DNA of 21,483 bases from contig JAQGDQ010001905.1 of assembly GCA_030141605.1 (NCBI GenBank), positions 1 through 21,483 of the forward strand. Direction: 5' to 3'. Origin of the DNA: Tubiluchus corallicola. Lineage: Eukaryota > Animalia > Priapulida. Shown here piece after piece: positions 1 to 12,876 of this stretch (its first letter is position 1; every line of letters starts with the position of its first letter). A model generated the notes under the pieces. The model was not told the DNA's origin. It made no database searches and was given only the letters and a program-made list of their open reading frames with translations. The position numbers and the translations under genes were made by a program.

Positions 1-16
1 TCTCTCCCTCTCTCTC

Positions 17-73
<57 letters not shown>

Positions 74-93
74 CTCTCTCCCTCCTCTCTCTC

Positions 94-124
<31 letters not shown>

Positions 125-178
125 CCCTCTCCCTCTCCCTCTCCCTCTCCCTCTCCCTCTCCCTCTCCCTCTCCCTCC
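1..178. repeat. (CT)n microsatellite grading into (CTCTCC)n
   Basis: Directly visible. It abuts the left arm of the first inverted duplication. Confidence 0.97.
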
Positions 179-334
179 TACAACGCTTACAAACCTACAT
201 CCAGTTTCTATAAGCAGATACAGTCCTGTAATGTTTTACTTTGCCAGTTTTATACAGTATAAAAATGTCCAAATTAAGTATACTTGCCATACTGAAGCTC
301 AGCTATAAAAACTGGTTGTATGTTTGTAAAAATT

Positions 335-380
335 TACCACTAATGGTGACGGCAGTGGCTCTGTCGAAACGTTTGACATG
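335..380 (+). ncRNA. Degenerate minimal hammerhead-ribozyme-like motif (Penelope-type), copy 1
   Basis: CCA-CTAATGG-T-GACGG(loop)CTGTC-GAAAC-GTTTG. The CUGAUGA core is mutated, while stem II and GAAACGTT are retained. Homologous to 4437-4480. Confidence 0.45.
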
Positions 381-560
381 ATTTTTTAACTTTGTAAATT
401 AAAAGTTTCATTGCTGTTCTAGCTGTCGTCATGGTTGTTGCAGTATCATAAATGCTTTTGCAATATTAATTGTGTTAAAATGTATACTTTTTATTAGACT
501 TGAAAATGGGGTAGTATGTGAAAAATCATCCTGTCATCCTTTAAGTGTGATGACTATATG

Positions 561-1346
<786 letters not shown>

Positions 1347-1991
1347 ATATATGTACTATACTGGGTATTGTATCATGTTATAAAAATGTGGTATGAAAGG
1401 AAAATAAATCAAATCGAATCAATCCAAAAACCACAACCTCTTTCTTGTTTCTTTCTCTTTGATTTTTAGGACTCTGTTCCCCCTGCAGAGAATCACCTGT
1501 TCCTAATTATTGTGCGCTACTAATGACACCTTTTGTATTCATTTCATCAAGTTTATGAAAAATACCTGTGGAAACACAACTACCTGTGATTGTTACCAAA
1601 GCATCCAAATAATTAACTAACTTACTATTACTGCCACTACGTGTTGGAACTAAACTCTGTGAATAAGTCTTAAAAATCAAAATTTCAAAAAATTCATGAT
1701 TAACCACACAAATATCGTAACAGTAAAGCTTTAACTATGTCAAAAACATGTTCTGCTAAATCTGCCAATTGTGTGAATAGAACAATTGTTCACACTCTAA
1801 CTGTATTGTCCTCTTACAGCCAGTCAAATGCAGGTAACATCTTGTTATAAATTATTAATGTTCCGCAGAGGAGAAAGGGTGACGAATTAATGAATTTCAG
1901 TTTAATAATTACCGCCAGGAAAAATTAGTATCGTTAGACTGGCTAAAATCTGAAAGTGCAACACCAGGACAAGAACCCAGAACCTTCTTGT

Positions 1992-2089
1992 TGCAGACCG
2001 AAAAAAAAAGAAAATTATGTAGTTAGCTCAGGACAGAAAGACCAGGGTTCGACTCCCGTGCTAACAAACTGGTGTTTTTTTTGTCTGCA
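1992..2089 (+). other. Small inverted-repeat-bounded element containing a tRNA-like T-arm/B-box
   Basis: TGCAGAC-CG-A9 (1992) versus T8-GTCTGCA (ends 2089). Internal GTTAGC-TCAGG...CAGGGTTCGACTCCC-GT-GCTAAC. Confidence 0.35.
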
Positions 2090-2091
2090 CA

Positions 2092-2670
<579 letters not shown>

Positions 2671-3426
2671 AGTAAAAAGTTCTGTCAGTGAAATAGGAAG
2701 GTGTCATTATTGGACTTGAAGTGAAACAGAAATGCGCTGAAAATCTCGAAAGTTCCAGAGTCAATACGTCTCTAGTCTCTAGTCTCTAGTCAACGTTAAA
2801 CAAGCAATTCAATTGATTGAATCTGTTAACTTCTCCTGAAGGAGCTTTACTAAGGCGAGACACTCCCACCACCCCCACCCCCACCCCGCCGTATTTTCTA
2901 TTGTAACAGTAACAGTTTTAACAACTAGCTAAAACCTTACCCCGCAATCGCCCTTTGTGAAGCTCCACAATTGCGCAAGTTTAGATTTCGCGAAACTGCG
3001 AAAATCAATGCCTCACTAGTGCGCAAATTTCAGTTGTGCGCTTGCTTGAAATCAATGTTGCGCTGTGTCACGCTATTTTAAAAGTTACGAAATTCTATAC
3101 TAATATTGATTCCATTATTTTTGTATACCTAGCCTATCACGATATAGGAAAAACGTTGTTTAGGAAATGTTGTTGTTGGAGGTATTTTAGCCGCTGTTGC
3201 ACGATATCTAATGAAATAAAATGTTGATGAAATGAATACAAAAGGTGTCATTAGTAGCACAATAATTAGGAACAGGTGATTCTCTGTAGGGGGGGAACAG
3301 AGTCCTAAAAATCAAAGAGAAAGAAACAAGAAAGAGGTTGTGGTTTTTGATTGATTCGATTTGATTTATTTTCCTTTCATACCACATTTTTATAACATGA
3401 TACAATACCCAGTATAGTACATATAC

Positions 3427-4054
<628 letters not shown>

Positions 4055-4236
4055 CATATAGTCATCACACTTAAAGGATGACAGGATGATTTTTCACATA
4101 CTACCCCATTTTCAAGTCTAATAAAAAGTATACATTTTAACACAATTAATATTGCAAAAGCATTTATGATACTGCAACAACCATGACGACAGCTAGAACA
4201 GCAATGAAACTTTTATTTCACGTTGTTAAAAAATCA

Positions 4237-4280
4237 TGTCAAACGTTTCGACAGAGATACTGCTGTCATCATCAATGGTA
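4237..4280 (-). ncRNA. Minimal hammerhead-ribozyme-like motif, copy 2
   Basis: Minus strand: TACCA-TTGATGA-T-GACAG-CAGTATCT-CTGTC-GAAAC-GTTTGACA. Perfect 5-bp stem II and palindromic AAACGTTT. The first core C is replaced by T. Confidence 0.5.
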
Positions 4281-4436
4281 AATTTTTACAAACATACAAC
4301 CAGTTTTTATAAGCAGAGCCTACAGTATGGCAAGTATAACTTAATTTGGACATTTTTATACTGTATAAAACTGGCAAAGTAAAACATTACAGGACTGTAT
4401 CTGCTTATAGAAACTGGATGTAGGTTTGTAAACATT

Positions 4437-4480
4437 TACCATTGATGATGACAACAGTATCTCTGTCGAAACGTTTGACA
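4437..4480 (+). ncRNA. Minimal hammerhead-ribozyme-like motif, copy 3
   Basis: TACCA-TTGATGA-T-GACAACAGTATCTCTGTC-GAAAC-GTTTGACA. Confidence 0.5.
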
Positions 4481-4846
4481 TGATTTCTTAACTATGCGAA
4501 TTAAAAGTTTTAATAAAGTTGTGGTGTTTTGACTATAAACAATAAAACTTGTACGAAAGACAATTTCGCGCAAGAGACCTACGTCATGTTTTCGTCATTA
4601 ACTATCACGTGACTTAATGAAGCATTTTCGTGATACGAGAGCCAAGTCAACATAATTGAAGCCATTTACGATGACGTAAACAATAGCTTGCGTAATTGCT
4701 GTATCTTAATGAATTTCTTCCGTTACTAATAATTCAACGGACATTGTCCACGTGGGCGCTTGTAGTCAACGTAGCAGACATTATTGCGCTTGTCTTTTGG
4801 CAAGACAATCAGCTCATACTTTCAATGCAATCACTGTTCATCTGAA

Positions 4847-4864
4847 TGTTGTTGTTGTTGTTGT

Positions 4865-4902
<38 letters not shown>

Positions 4903-4903
4903 C

Positions 4904-4946
<43 letters not shown>

Positions 4947-4987
4947 GCTGCTGTTGCTGTTGCTGTTGTTGCTGTTGTTGTTGTTGC

Positions 4988-5048
<61 letters not shown>

Positions 5049-5188
5049 GCTGTTGTTGTTGTTGCTGTTGCTGCTGCTGCTGCTGCTGCTGTTGTTGTTG
5101 TTGTTGTTGCTGTTGCTGTTGTTGCTGTTGCTGTTGTTGCTGTTGCTGTTGCTGTTGCTGTTGTTGCTGTTGCTGTTGTTGTTGTTGT

Positions 5189-5223
<35 letters not shown>

Positions 5224-5248
5224 TTGCTGTTGTTGTTGTTGCTGTTGT

Positions 5249-5307
<59 letters not shown>

Positions 5308-5353
5308 CTGTTGCTGTTGTTGCTGTTGTTGTTGTTGCTGCTGTTGTTGTTGT
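4847..5353. repeat. Mixed (GTT/GCT)n triplet microsatellite
   Basis: Directly visible. It generates the poly-Q/C/L/V/T ORFs. Confidence 0.97.
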
Positions 5354-5576
5354 TTTTTTACTATTATAATGACCAACTGTAGAACCAATCGCGCACTTTT
5401 TCAATTCTACTAGCCCAGAATTTCGTAGGATAAACCTTTTCCAGTGATTGACGATGATCGTGAAACGTAAGTGTATCAGAAAACGCATTTGTGACACTTG
5501 ACAACGCCTCGCAGTCAAAGCTATTGTAATAGTAACAGTTTTAACAACTAGCTAGAACCTTACCTCGCAACCTTAC

Positions 5577-5790
5577 CTTCTTGCTTCCAAGCAGAACCCT
5601 GCTGGTAAATTACTCTACGCACAATCTAATGCATAATTAAGTAAAGTGCACGTAAAACAGTTTACTGAACGGATGCGACAGACTGCTTTAATATACAAAC
5701 ACGTCACTTGACGGTTGTAGTTAAAACGCGTTGCTGTGGTACACTTGGCTTTTATGCAGCAACTGCGCATGCGGCCATTGAAACTGTGAA
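5577..5790 (+). repeat. Old dispersed repeat, copy 1 (partner ~16554-16850)
   Basis: Colinear shared blocks: CCTGCTRGTAAAT, TAAGTAAAGT, GTCACKTGACGGTWGTAGTTAA, TGTGGTACACTT, CAGCAACTGCGCATGCG. Confidence 0.7.
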
Positions 5791-6257
5791 AAGGCTTATT
5801 GACTGGGGTATGTTTACGTACAAGTGAGATCAATAATGCAGTGTTTGTTTCAGTAATTTAAACCGGATGTTCAATAATAATTGCAACGTATTTGAGGGAA
5901 ATATTTGAGGATTTGAAATACATGTAGTAAATTGTAGTTGAAATATCACAGAATGTGCTTAGAAACAACTGACTTGGTTATTAAATGGATGAGTGACCAC
6001 CAGAAAAGCTGCTTTCCTAGACTGAGCTTTTGGTGACTCACTGCAGCATATATCGGGTGGCGCAGAAAAAAAGTACCGAAGTTTAGACGACAATAACAAC
6101 AGAAGAGAATGTTTTACAAAGTTGAAATTTCAAAGAGTGACATTACAATATATTAGTTTTACTTTAGTGATTTTTAATTTGTGACAGGAACAATGTCAGC
6201 TAATCATCCATTAAGAAACAGCCACGTCCAGTGACGTATAAAGCACTAAATATATGA

Positions 6258-7758
6258 ATCAAAACAATACATGAATTAACCAGTTTAGATCATCAAAACA
6301 ATACATGAATTAACCAGTTTAGATCATCAAAACAATACATGAATTAACCAGTTAAGATCATCAAAACAGTAAACGAATTAACCAGTTTAGATCATCAAAA
6401 CAATAAATGAATTAACCAGTTTAGATCATCAAAACAATAAATGAATTAACCAGTTTAGATCATCAAAACAATAAATGAATTAACCAGTTTAGATCATCAA
6501 AACAGTAAACGAATTAACCAGTTTAGATCATCAAAACAATAAATGAATTAACCAGTTTAGATCATCAAAACAGTAAACGAATTAACCAGTTTAGATCATC
6601 AAAACAATAAATGAATTAACCAGTTTAGATCATCAAAACAGTAAATGAATCAACCAGTTTAGATCATCAAAACAATAAATGAATTAACCAGTTTAGATCA
6701 CCAAAACAATAAATGAATTTACCAGTTTAGATCATCAAAACAATAAATGAATTAACCAGTTTAGATCATCAAAACAATAAATGAATTAACCAGTTTAGAT
6801 CATCAAAACAATAAATGAATTAACCAGTTTAGACCATCAAAATAATAAATGAATTAACCAGTTTAGATCATCAAAATAATAAATGGATTTACCAGTTTAG
6901 ATAATCAAAACAATAAATGAATTAACCAGTTTAGATCATCAAAACAATAAATGAATTAACCAGTTTAGATCATCAAAACAATAAATGAATTAACCAGTTT
7001 AGATCATCAAAGCAATAAATGAATTAACCAGTTTAGACCATCAAAATAATAAATGGATTTACCAGTTTAGATCTACAAAACAATAAATGAATTAACCAGT
7101 TTAGATCACCAAAACAATAAATGAATTTACCAGTTTAGATCATCAAAACAATAAATGAATTAACCAGTTTAGATCGTCAAAACAATAAATGAATTAACCA
7201 GTTTAGATCATCAAAACAATAAATGAATCAACCAGTTTAGATCACCAAAACAATAAATGAATCAACCAGTTTAGATCATCAAAACAATAAATGAATTAAC
7301 CAGTTTAGATCATCAAAACAATAAATGAATCAACCAGTTTAGATCATCAAAACAATAAATGAATTAACCAGTTTAGTTCATCAAAACAATAAATGAATTA
7401 ACCAGTTTAGATCATCAAAACAATAAATGAATTAACCAGTTTAGATCATCAAAACAATAAATGAATTAACCAGTTTAGATCATCAAAACAATAAATGAAT
7501 TAACCAGTTTAGACCATCAAAATAATAAATGAATTTACCAGTTTAGATCATCAAAACAATAAATGAATTAACCAGTTTAGATCATCAAAACAATAAATGA
7601 ATTTACCAGTTTAGATCATCAAAACAATAAATGAATTAACCAGTTTAGACCATCAAAATAATAAATGAATTTACCAGTTTAGATCATTAAAACAATAAAT
7701 GAATCAACCAGTTTAGATCATCAAAACAATAAAAGAATTAACCAGTTTAGACCATCAT
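6258..7758. repeat. 34-bp tandem satellite, ~44 copies (ATCATCAAAACAATAAATGAATTAACCAGTTTAG)
   Basis: Period 34 (e.g. 6289 to 6323), head-to-tail with no spacers. Recurrent variant units are present. Confidence 0.97.
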
Positions 7759-7804
7759 CAGATGATCTCCTGCCTTCACCAAAGAAAAATACGACATTGG
7801 TAAA

Positions 7805-8007
7805 GATTGGGACTTAATCCTCTGTATCATATTATCTTATCTGAAATTCCATTAAAGACAGCGTAGACTGTTGAACGTTGGGATCAAAGGCATGAGAAGC
7901 CGTTTCAGCTGTTCGAGCAAAATGGCTTCATCTAGCTTGCTGTGGAAACGGTGGACACGTAGAGCACTTGCTGTGGAAATCGTGGACACATAGAGCACTT
8001 GCTGTGA
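7805..8007 (+). pseudogene. Tc1/mariner transposase C-terminal remnant
   Basis: Frameshifted motifs DW..D(L)NPL (remnant of WPPxSPDLNP), I*NSIKDSV (W-to-stop) and CGNGGHVEHLL / GHIEHLL* (stop 8005-8007). The last motif is duplicated by a 31-bp tandem repeat at 7936-8006. Confidence 0.65.
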
Positions 8008-8222
8008 ATTTTAATAAGTGACACACAAACTTCTGTATCTTTGGAAAAATCTAAGCGAACGACGTAAAATTGTTGCTGTTTATACGTAATTGCCCATATT
8101 TTCAATTAATTAATATTATCGTGATCAAAACTTCGACGCATTTTTAGCGCCACCTGGTATAATAATACAGTAAGTTTTTGTATATCGAGCTGTTGTGTTA
8201 AACCAAGGAAACGAAGCCCTAT

Positions 8223-9090
8223 TTGCCTTATCTCAATTACTGCAGCATTATTTGCGGCCCCACATATCCACCTAAACTGAAATGCTTAAAAACGTTGCAA
8301 CGAAAATTTTTAAGGTTAATGTATGGCCTACAGAAACGTAGCGAAATACCTTTACTTCATTACCGTGAATGTAGAATTACGCAATTAGATGATTTAATTA
8401 AATTTAATATTGCAGTACCCATGTATAAATACAAAAATACACTATTTCCTAAGTTTTTTGCAATTCCTGTCAAATTGACATCTAAGAGACATAATACAAG
8501 ATTTAATCAATACATTGTGCCTTTCTGTAGAACCAACATAGCTAAACATTTTATAATGTATCAAGGACCAAAAGTCTGGAATGAGATTTGTCAATCCGCA
8601 AAAAATAGCAGATCTATTACTAGATTTAAAAAAATGCTAAAAAATCAAATTTTAAGTAAGTATCAGTGAGTAATCAAAATTTCTATCCGTTCCTCACAGT
8701 AGTTGCAAAACAGTGGTGTTAGCTTAATCAAGTTTTCTTAATTTTACATACTATTAACAAATAATAGTCTTTCTATCTTTTATATCATCCCATATATGAG
8801 CTTCATTCATTACATCATTCCATTTTAAACACTAATGTTTTTTATCATACGATTCGCTTTAAATTTTCAGATTATCTCCATTATTTTTTTTCTATCACTG
8901 TGTGGGACAATCTAACAAGCCCAGCTTTTTGATTGCCCGCAACAGATTTACCTTCGTGTATAAATGAACAGTGTTTGAGGCTTTTCCTGTGCAGTATTTC
9001 TTATTTGTATTATATCCATTGTAGGCCCTTTCACTAGACATTGTACATCAAAACTATTGTAATTGTGTAATGTGAAATAAAATGACTTAC
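8223..9090 (+). mobile_element. 5'-truncated LINE 3' end (L2-group, Crack/Daphne-like): ORF2 C-terminus 8223-8669 plus 3' UTR
   Basis: PYLNYC...LQRKFLRL...MYKY...HNTR...RTNIAKHFIMYQGPKVWNEI...FKKMLK is typical of the post-RT region of CR1/L2-group LINEs. An AT-rich UTR with ACAAGCCC-AGCTT and a terminal GAAATAAA (~9074-9081) follows. Confidence 0.85.
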
Positions 9091-9368
9091 ATATGACTAA
9101 TTTTTACGAACTTCACGCATTAATGCCGGCTTCCAAATGCCTTGTAGACCAATTTGCTGAAAGTATGTACATAAATTCTAACATAAATATGGCACATAAT
9201 ACGTTTGTAGTAAATGTAATACGATTTTGTCTTAATTTTGCATGAAAACTTTTCTAAAATTAATCCATTTATGACTCAAAGAGATAAATGCATTTACATC
9301 GTCTTTAGCAGAGTATATAAAAAAGACTGCATCTGCAATGTGGCGTAGAAATGACGATATAATTATAT

Positions 9369-9766
9369 TGGACTGAATGTTAATTAGCTAAATTAATGTC
9401 TGTAAACTAGTACCTTGTGCCTGTTATAGCACGTCATCTAACTCTCATAAAATAAAATACACAAAAATTACACTGTATGGAGTTTATTAACAGCACTAAT
9501 AAAAATAGGGAACCAAAATACACGTGCACAAAAAATAACTAACACAATAACAGCACTACACCCAAGGAACACCTGTGTCAGAAATCCAGGCTGTAGTGAC
9601 CTCTACACGCTTTTATACTGGCATTCCAGGTCAGCTGGCTTCTCACACCACGTGTAGGCCCAAACAAGACGTCTGGATCTACAAGAAAGGGGTGAGTCGC
9701 TGCTGACGTGGAAGCAGGGCGTGTAGAGGGCCCTACACCTGACCCGACACAGGTGCCTCCGTAACA
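9369..9766 (-). mobile_element. Solo LTR (Ty3/Gypsy-like), internally deleted copy
   Basis: TG...CA termini (minus strand TGTTACGG...CAGTCCA) and 4-bp TSD ATAT (9365-9368, 9767-9770). Minus-strand TATAAAAG at ~9610-9617 is upstream of AATAAA at 9483-9488. Homologous to 17227-17774. Confidence 0.85.
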
Positions 9767-10280
9767 ATATTTTCAAGTTTCTTTAGTCCAACCGGATTAT
9801 AATATCCAGTTTCAAAAATCAATTGTAAAAAATTATACATTTTTATCAGTTGTACTTATTGTGACAGGTTCAAGTTCTTTTACCTTTGATCTAATAAGAC
9901 ATATGTCTCCTAGTGTTTGGTTTGCGTTGTATGCATCGCCATTTCGATATCATGTAATTTACTACTTTTGCAGGAGTTACTTGCGCATGCGCAATTTTAA
10001 GATAAGCCTTATTCGCAAATAATGCCTATGTATATAATGCCTATTATTATTAATGTAATGTATATTACTGAGATTAAGGGCGTGAGAACCTGGGAGAAAT
10101 GTAATTACTAGTCAAGCTATTCATAGGACTATTTACGCTCGAGTGCCCCTGGTAATCGCAATCGTGTGGAAATTGCGCAACATTATAATATGCGAGAAGA
10201 TGCAACCGCCCACGCAACATTGCGCAATTTTATATTTTAATGATCTTCAGTAAGTGAAGAATGTGATTAGGTACATAATA

Positions 10281-10739
10281 TAGGTTTTACATGTCAAATG
10301 TAGACCTGCGTTAACTCAAATGTAGATTTAGGTAGTTCAAATGTGTTAACAATTGTTTTCAAGAAATCTTAAGCGTTTTTGGTAAGTCAAATGTAGACAC
10401 ATGTCAACTCAAATGTGACATTGGTATCTCAAATGTGGATAGGTGGTAAAGTTTAAGGATGTTAAATTTAATCTTCTTTAATTTCAATTTAATAATTGCT
10501 CCTAAGTTAAAATAACAACGTTATAGGCCTACTAATAGATGCACTATCTTTGGTTTATCTTTTTGTAATTTGCACTTAAATAACTTAATAATCGATTTAT
10601 TCAAAGTAATGCATCTAAATTTGACTTACCTAAGTCACATTCGAGTTACCAAAACACATTCGAAATTCCTATGTCTACATTTGACTTACCTAAGTCACAT
10701 TTGAACTTTCCTGTGCCTACATTTGACGTGTAAAACCTA
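10281..10739. mobile_element. MITE with subterminal CAAATGT repeats, superfamily undetermined
   Basis: TIR TAGGTTTTACAYGTCAAATGTAG at both ends. Iterated (G)TCAAATGT(AG/G)AC..TAGGTAAG motifs occur in mirror orientation. Flanked by TAATA on both sides. Confidence 0.85.
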
Positions 10740-11791
10740 TAATATGGCACGTCCTGACATACGGAGAAGTACGCAAGGCATATACCACGTACAATAACAC
10801 ATGATACATATATGTAACACATATAATATGTACACATATTAAATGTATACACAATAAATGATGTATGTGTATATCATATAATTACTTCAGGGGAAACTGG
10901 AGCAATGAGCATTGAAGTTTGTCTCAAGTGTACCTCACAATGTCTAACCCTTTGTTAATGCAATAGGAAGCCATAGAACTGTGAGGTATAATCAATCCTT
11001 GAACAAGCATATTTCAATGGAGCGTCTCTCCTTAGTGAGGGCGTGTCCAGTTGATCCCGGGAGGGGGTCACAATCTAAAAGGTCTGCTGCAATTTGAAGT
11101 ATGCTCGGTTCACGCTAATATAAAGTATTTTTTAAGCATTAATGCCACGTACCTGCTGTTGAACTGCGGTGATCCGATATTAATTTTGCAAAGTGATTTT
11201 TCATTTTGCTGTTTTTCTGAAAAACATTTGAACAAGGTTTTCCACTTAACTTTTGGTGCAACACGGTAACGTTTGTGGTGATTGTACTGACCGTTATTGT
11301 TTTTTTTCTATACAACAGCATTCTTGCATAAACCTAAATAATTCAGCTTGAAATTTTGTGTTACCTACATACTTTCTTATTACACAAAGTGCTTGTATTA
11401 GCAGTAACGCTGTACAAAACTTGAATTTAAACTGCCTCGATGACCGTTAGGCGCAGCCATTTTGACAGTGAATCGTTTGAAACAAGTCTAGATAATATTG
11501 GCTAAAATTAGAAGGAAGTAATCAGGGCATTTCCAGCACAAACTTCACTATCTAAGCAAAAGTATAAATCATTTCATATTGTGAACAAGACAACAAGTTT
11601 TAGTATTTGTTCACTAACTTTCACGATGAGCACTTCATTTTCAGCGGTGCATTACTTTGTTCCTGCGCATGTTTACAATTATAAATGTGAAATTTGGCAT
11701 TGTCTGCTTCTAACTCTGTTAATGGAAGACTCAGTAGGTACTCAAGTTTATGGAGCGCATATTCTCTTATGCTAATTCATTTATCTTAAGG

Positions 11792-12534
11792 CACCTATTA
11801 TTGATGCGTTCATGGACATTAGCAAAGCTTAACTGAACTAGCTGTTCAACATTTAACGTTTATGGCCTGTGATAAATTTTTAAAGATTTCCTGCACTTGC
11901 AATATTGGGAGTCGTCAAGAGATTCTGCGTTGAAACCTAATGTTAAATTTGCTGTAAAACTAGGGAACATCTTAGGAAAAACTTGTAGTATGAATATCGG
12001 GGTTCCGCAGGGGGGCTATCTTGGTCCAGTACTTTTCACGCACTATCTGGTAAATATACTAAAGATCCACTCTCCTCCAAATGACGACGATATCACTGCC
12101 TGTGATAACCTTCCGAAACATTTTCTGGACCACACCTATCCTGCTTTGGAATTATATGAACCATTCCTTATTGATCAACAATATGCCAATGACATAGGCC
12201 CGATCAAATTATCAAACTAACACAATAAAAAGGAGATTTATAAAAAAAAACCTAGAAAAAAGAATTCAAAAAAATCTTCAAGTAAACCAGTCGAAAAGAG
12301 AAGAATGTATTATTGCAAGAGATTGTATCAGTCTTAGAAAAAGTGCAAGTATGTGGGCACTCTGCTAAACACTGAAAATGATATTAAAAGTAGAAAGCAA
12401 GAAAGCAACAAGCAATGCAAGCTTTTCTTCAACGCAAGAATGCATTAACTAGCAAGAAATTCAGTCTTAACATAAGACTTTGATTACTCAATGCTTACGT
12501 TACCAGCGTATTTATGCACAGCAGTGAAACGTGG
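11792..12534 (+). pseudogene. Degenerate non-LTR reverse transcriptase (RTE/RTEX-like) fragment
   Basis: Successive motifs HLLL..MDISKA*, GVPQGGYLGPVLFTHYL, DQQYANDI (YADD box), KKCKYVGTLLNTENDIKSRK and NAYVTSVFMHSSETW, with stops and frameshifts. Confidence 0.85.
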
Positions 12535-12539
12535 TGAAG

Positions 12540-12725
12540 CAGCTTTATCTAATGTAACCAGGGGTTACCGCTTGAAGTTACAAGCCACTCACTGCCGACT
12601 TGATTGTTTTAAAAACTTTTTCTCAAACAGAATAATCAGAATCTGGAGTCTGTCGGTGATGAACCCCTGGTCTGTGGTCAGAGTAACAGACTTTTAAAAA
12701 ACGTTTAAAAGGTGTAAATCTTAAC
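12540..12725 (+). pseudogene. CR1-clade LINE ORF2 extreme C-terminal fragment
   Basis: TRGYRLKL..THCRLDCFKNFFSNRIIRIW matches the CR1 TRGHxxKL...RxxFFSNRVxxxWN pattern. Confidence 0.75.
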
Positions 12726-12757
12726 ACCAATATCTTTTAACAGCCATAACTAAGTAA

Positions 12758-12876
12758 TGTACGGCCATATCACGTTGAAAACACCGGTTCTCGTCTGATC
12801 ACCGAAGTTAAGCAACGTAGAGCCTGGTTAGTACTTAGATGGGTGACCGCCTAGGAATACCAGGTGTTGTAGGCTT
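12758..12876 (+). rRNA. 5S rRNA-like sequence (SINE head; probably not a functional rRNA gene)
   Basis: TACGGCCATATCACGTTGAAAACACCGGTTCTCGTCTGATCACCGAAGTTAAGCAACGT...GGTTAGTACTT..ATGGGTGACCGCCT..GAATACCAGGTGTTGTAGGCTT. Nearly full length, with no oligo-T terminator. Confidence 0.85.

Larger units (their letters stand above)
4207..4555. mobile_element. Penelope-like element terminal fragment in inverted (hairpin) arrangement
   Basis: Arms 4207-4317 and 4400-4510 are reverse complements and each carries a hammerhead-like motif. The + copy continues into AATAAA (4512, 4541) and GTGGTGTTTTGACT, resembling PLE pseudo-LTR ends. Confidence 0.6.
6053..8157 (+). mobile_element. Decayed Tc1/mariner-superfamily DNA transposon containing a satellite array
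   Basis: TA|TCGGGTGGCGCAGAAAAAAAGTACCGAAGTTT at the left, versus reverse complement of the right end TA|CCAGGTGGCGCTAAAAATGCGTCGAAGTTT. TA flanks both ends, and a transposase C-terminal remnant lies just inside the right TIR. Confidence 0.65.

Noticed and set aside
6258-7758. CRISPR-like appearance (repeat of ~34 bp); faint similarity of AATTAACCAGTTTAG to nematode SL1
   Set aside because: Units are head-to-tail with no unique spacers, no cas genes are present and the context is eukaryotic. The SL similarity is short, gapped and lacks a donor site or Sm site.
7735-7770. CTGATGA on the minus strand at the satellite end as a hammerhead core
   Set aside because: No stem II-GAAA follows.
10885-11080. 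Possible decayed tRNA/CORE-type SINE pieces
   Set aside because: Only short motif resemblance (GGAAACTGGAGCAATG, GTTGATCCCGG), too degraded to delimit.
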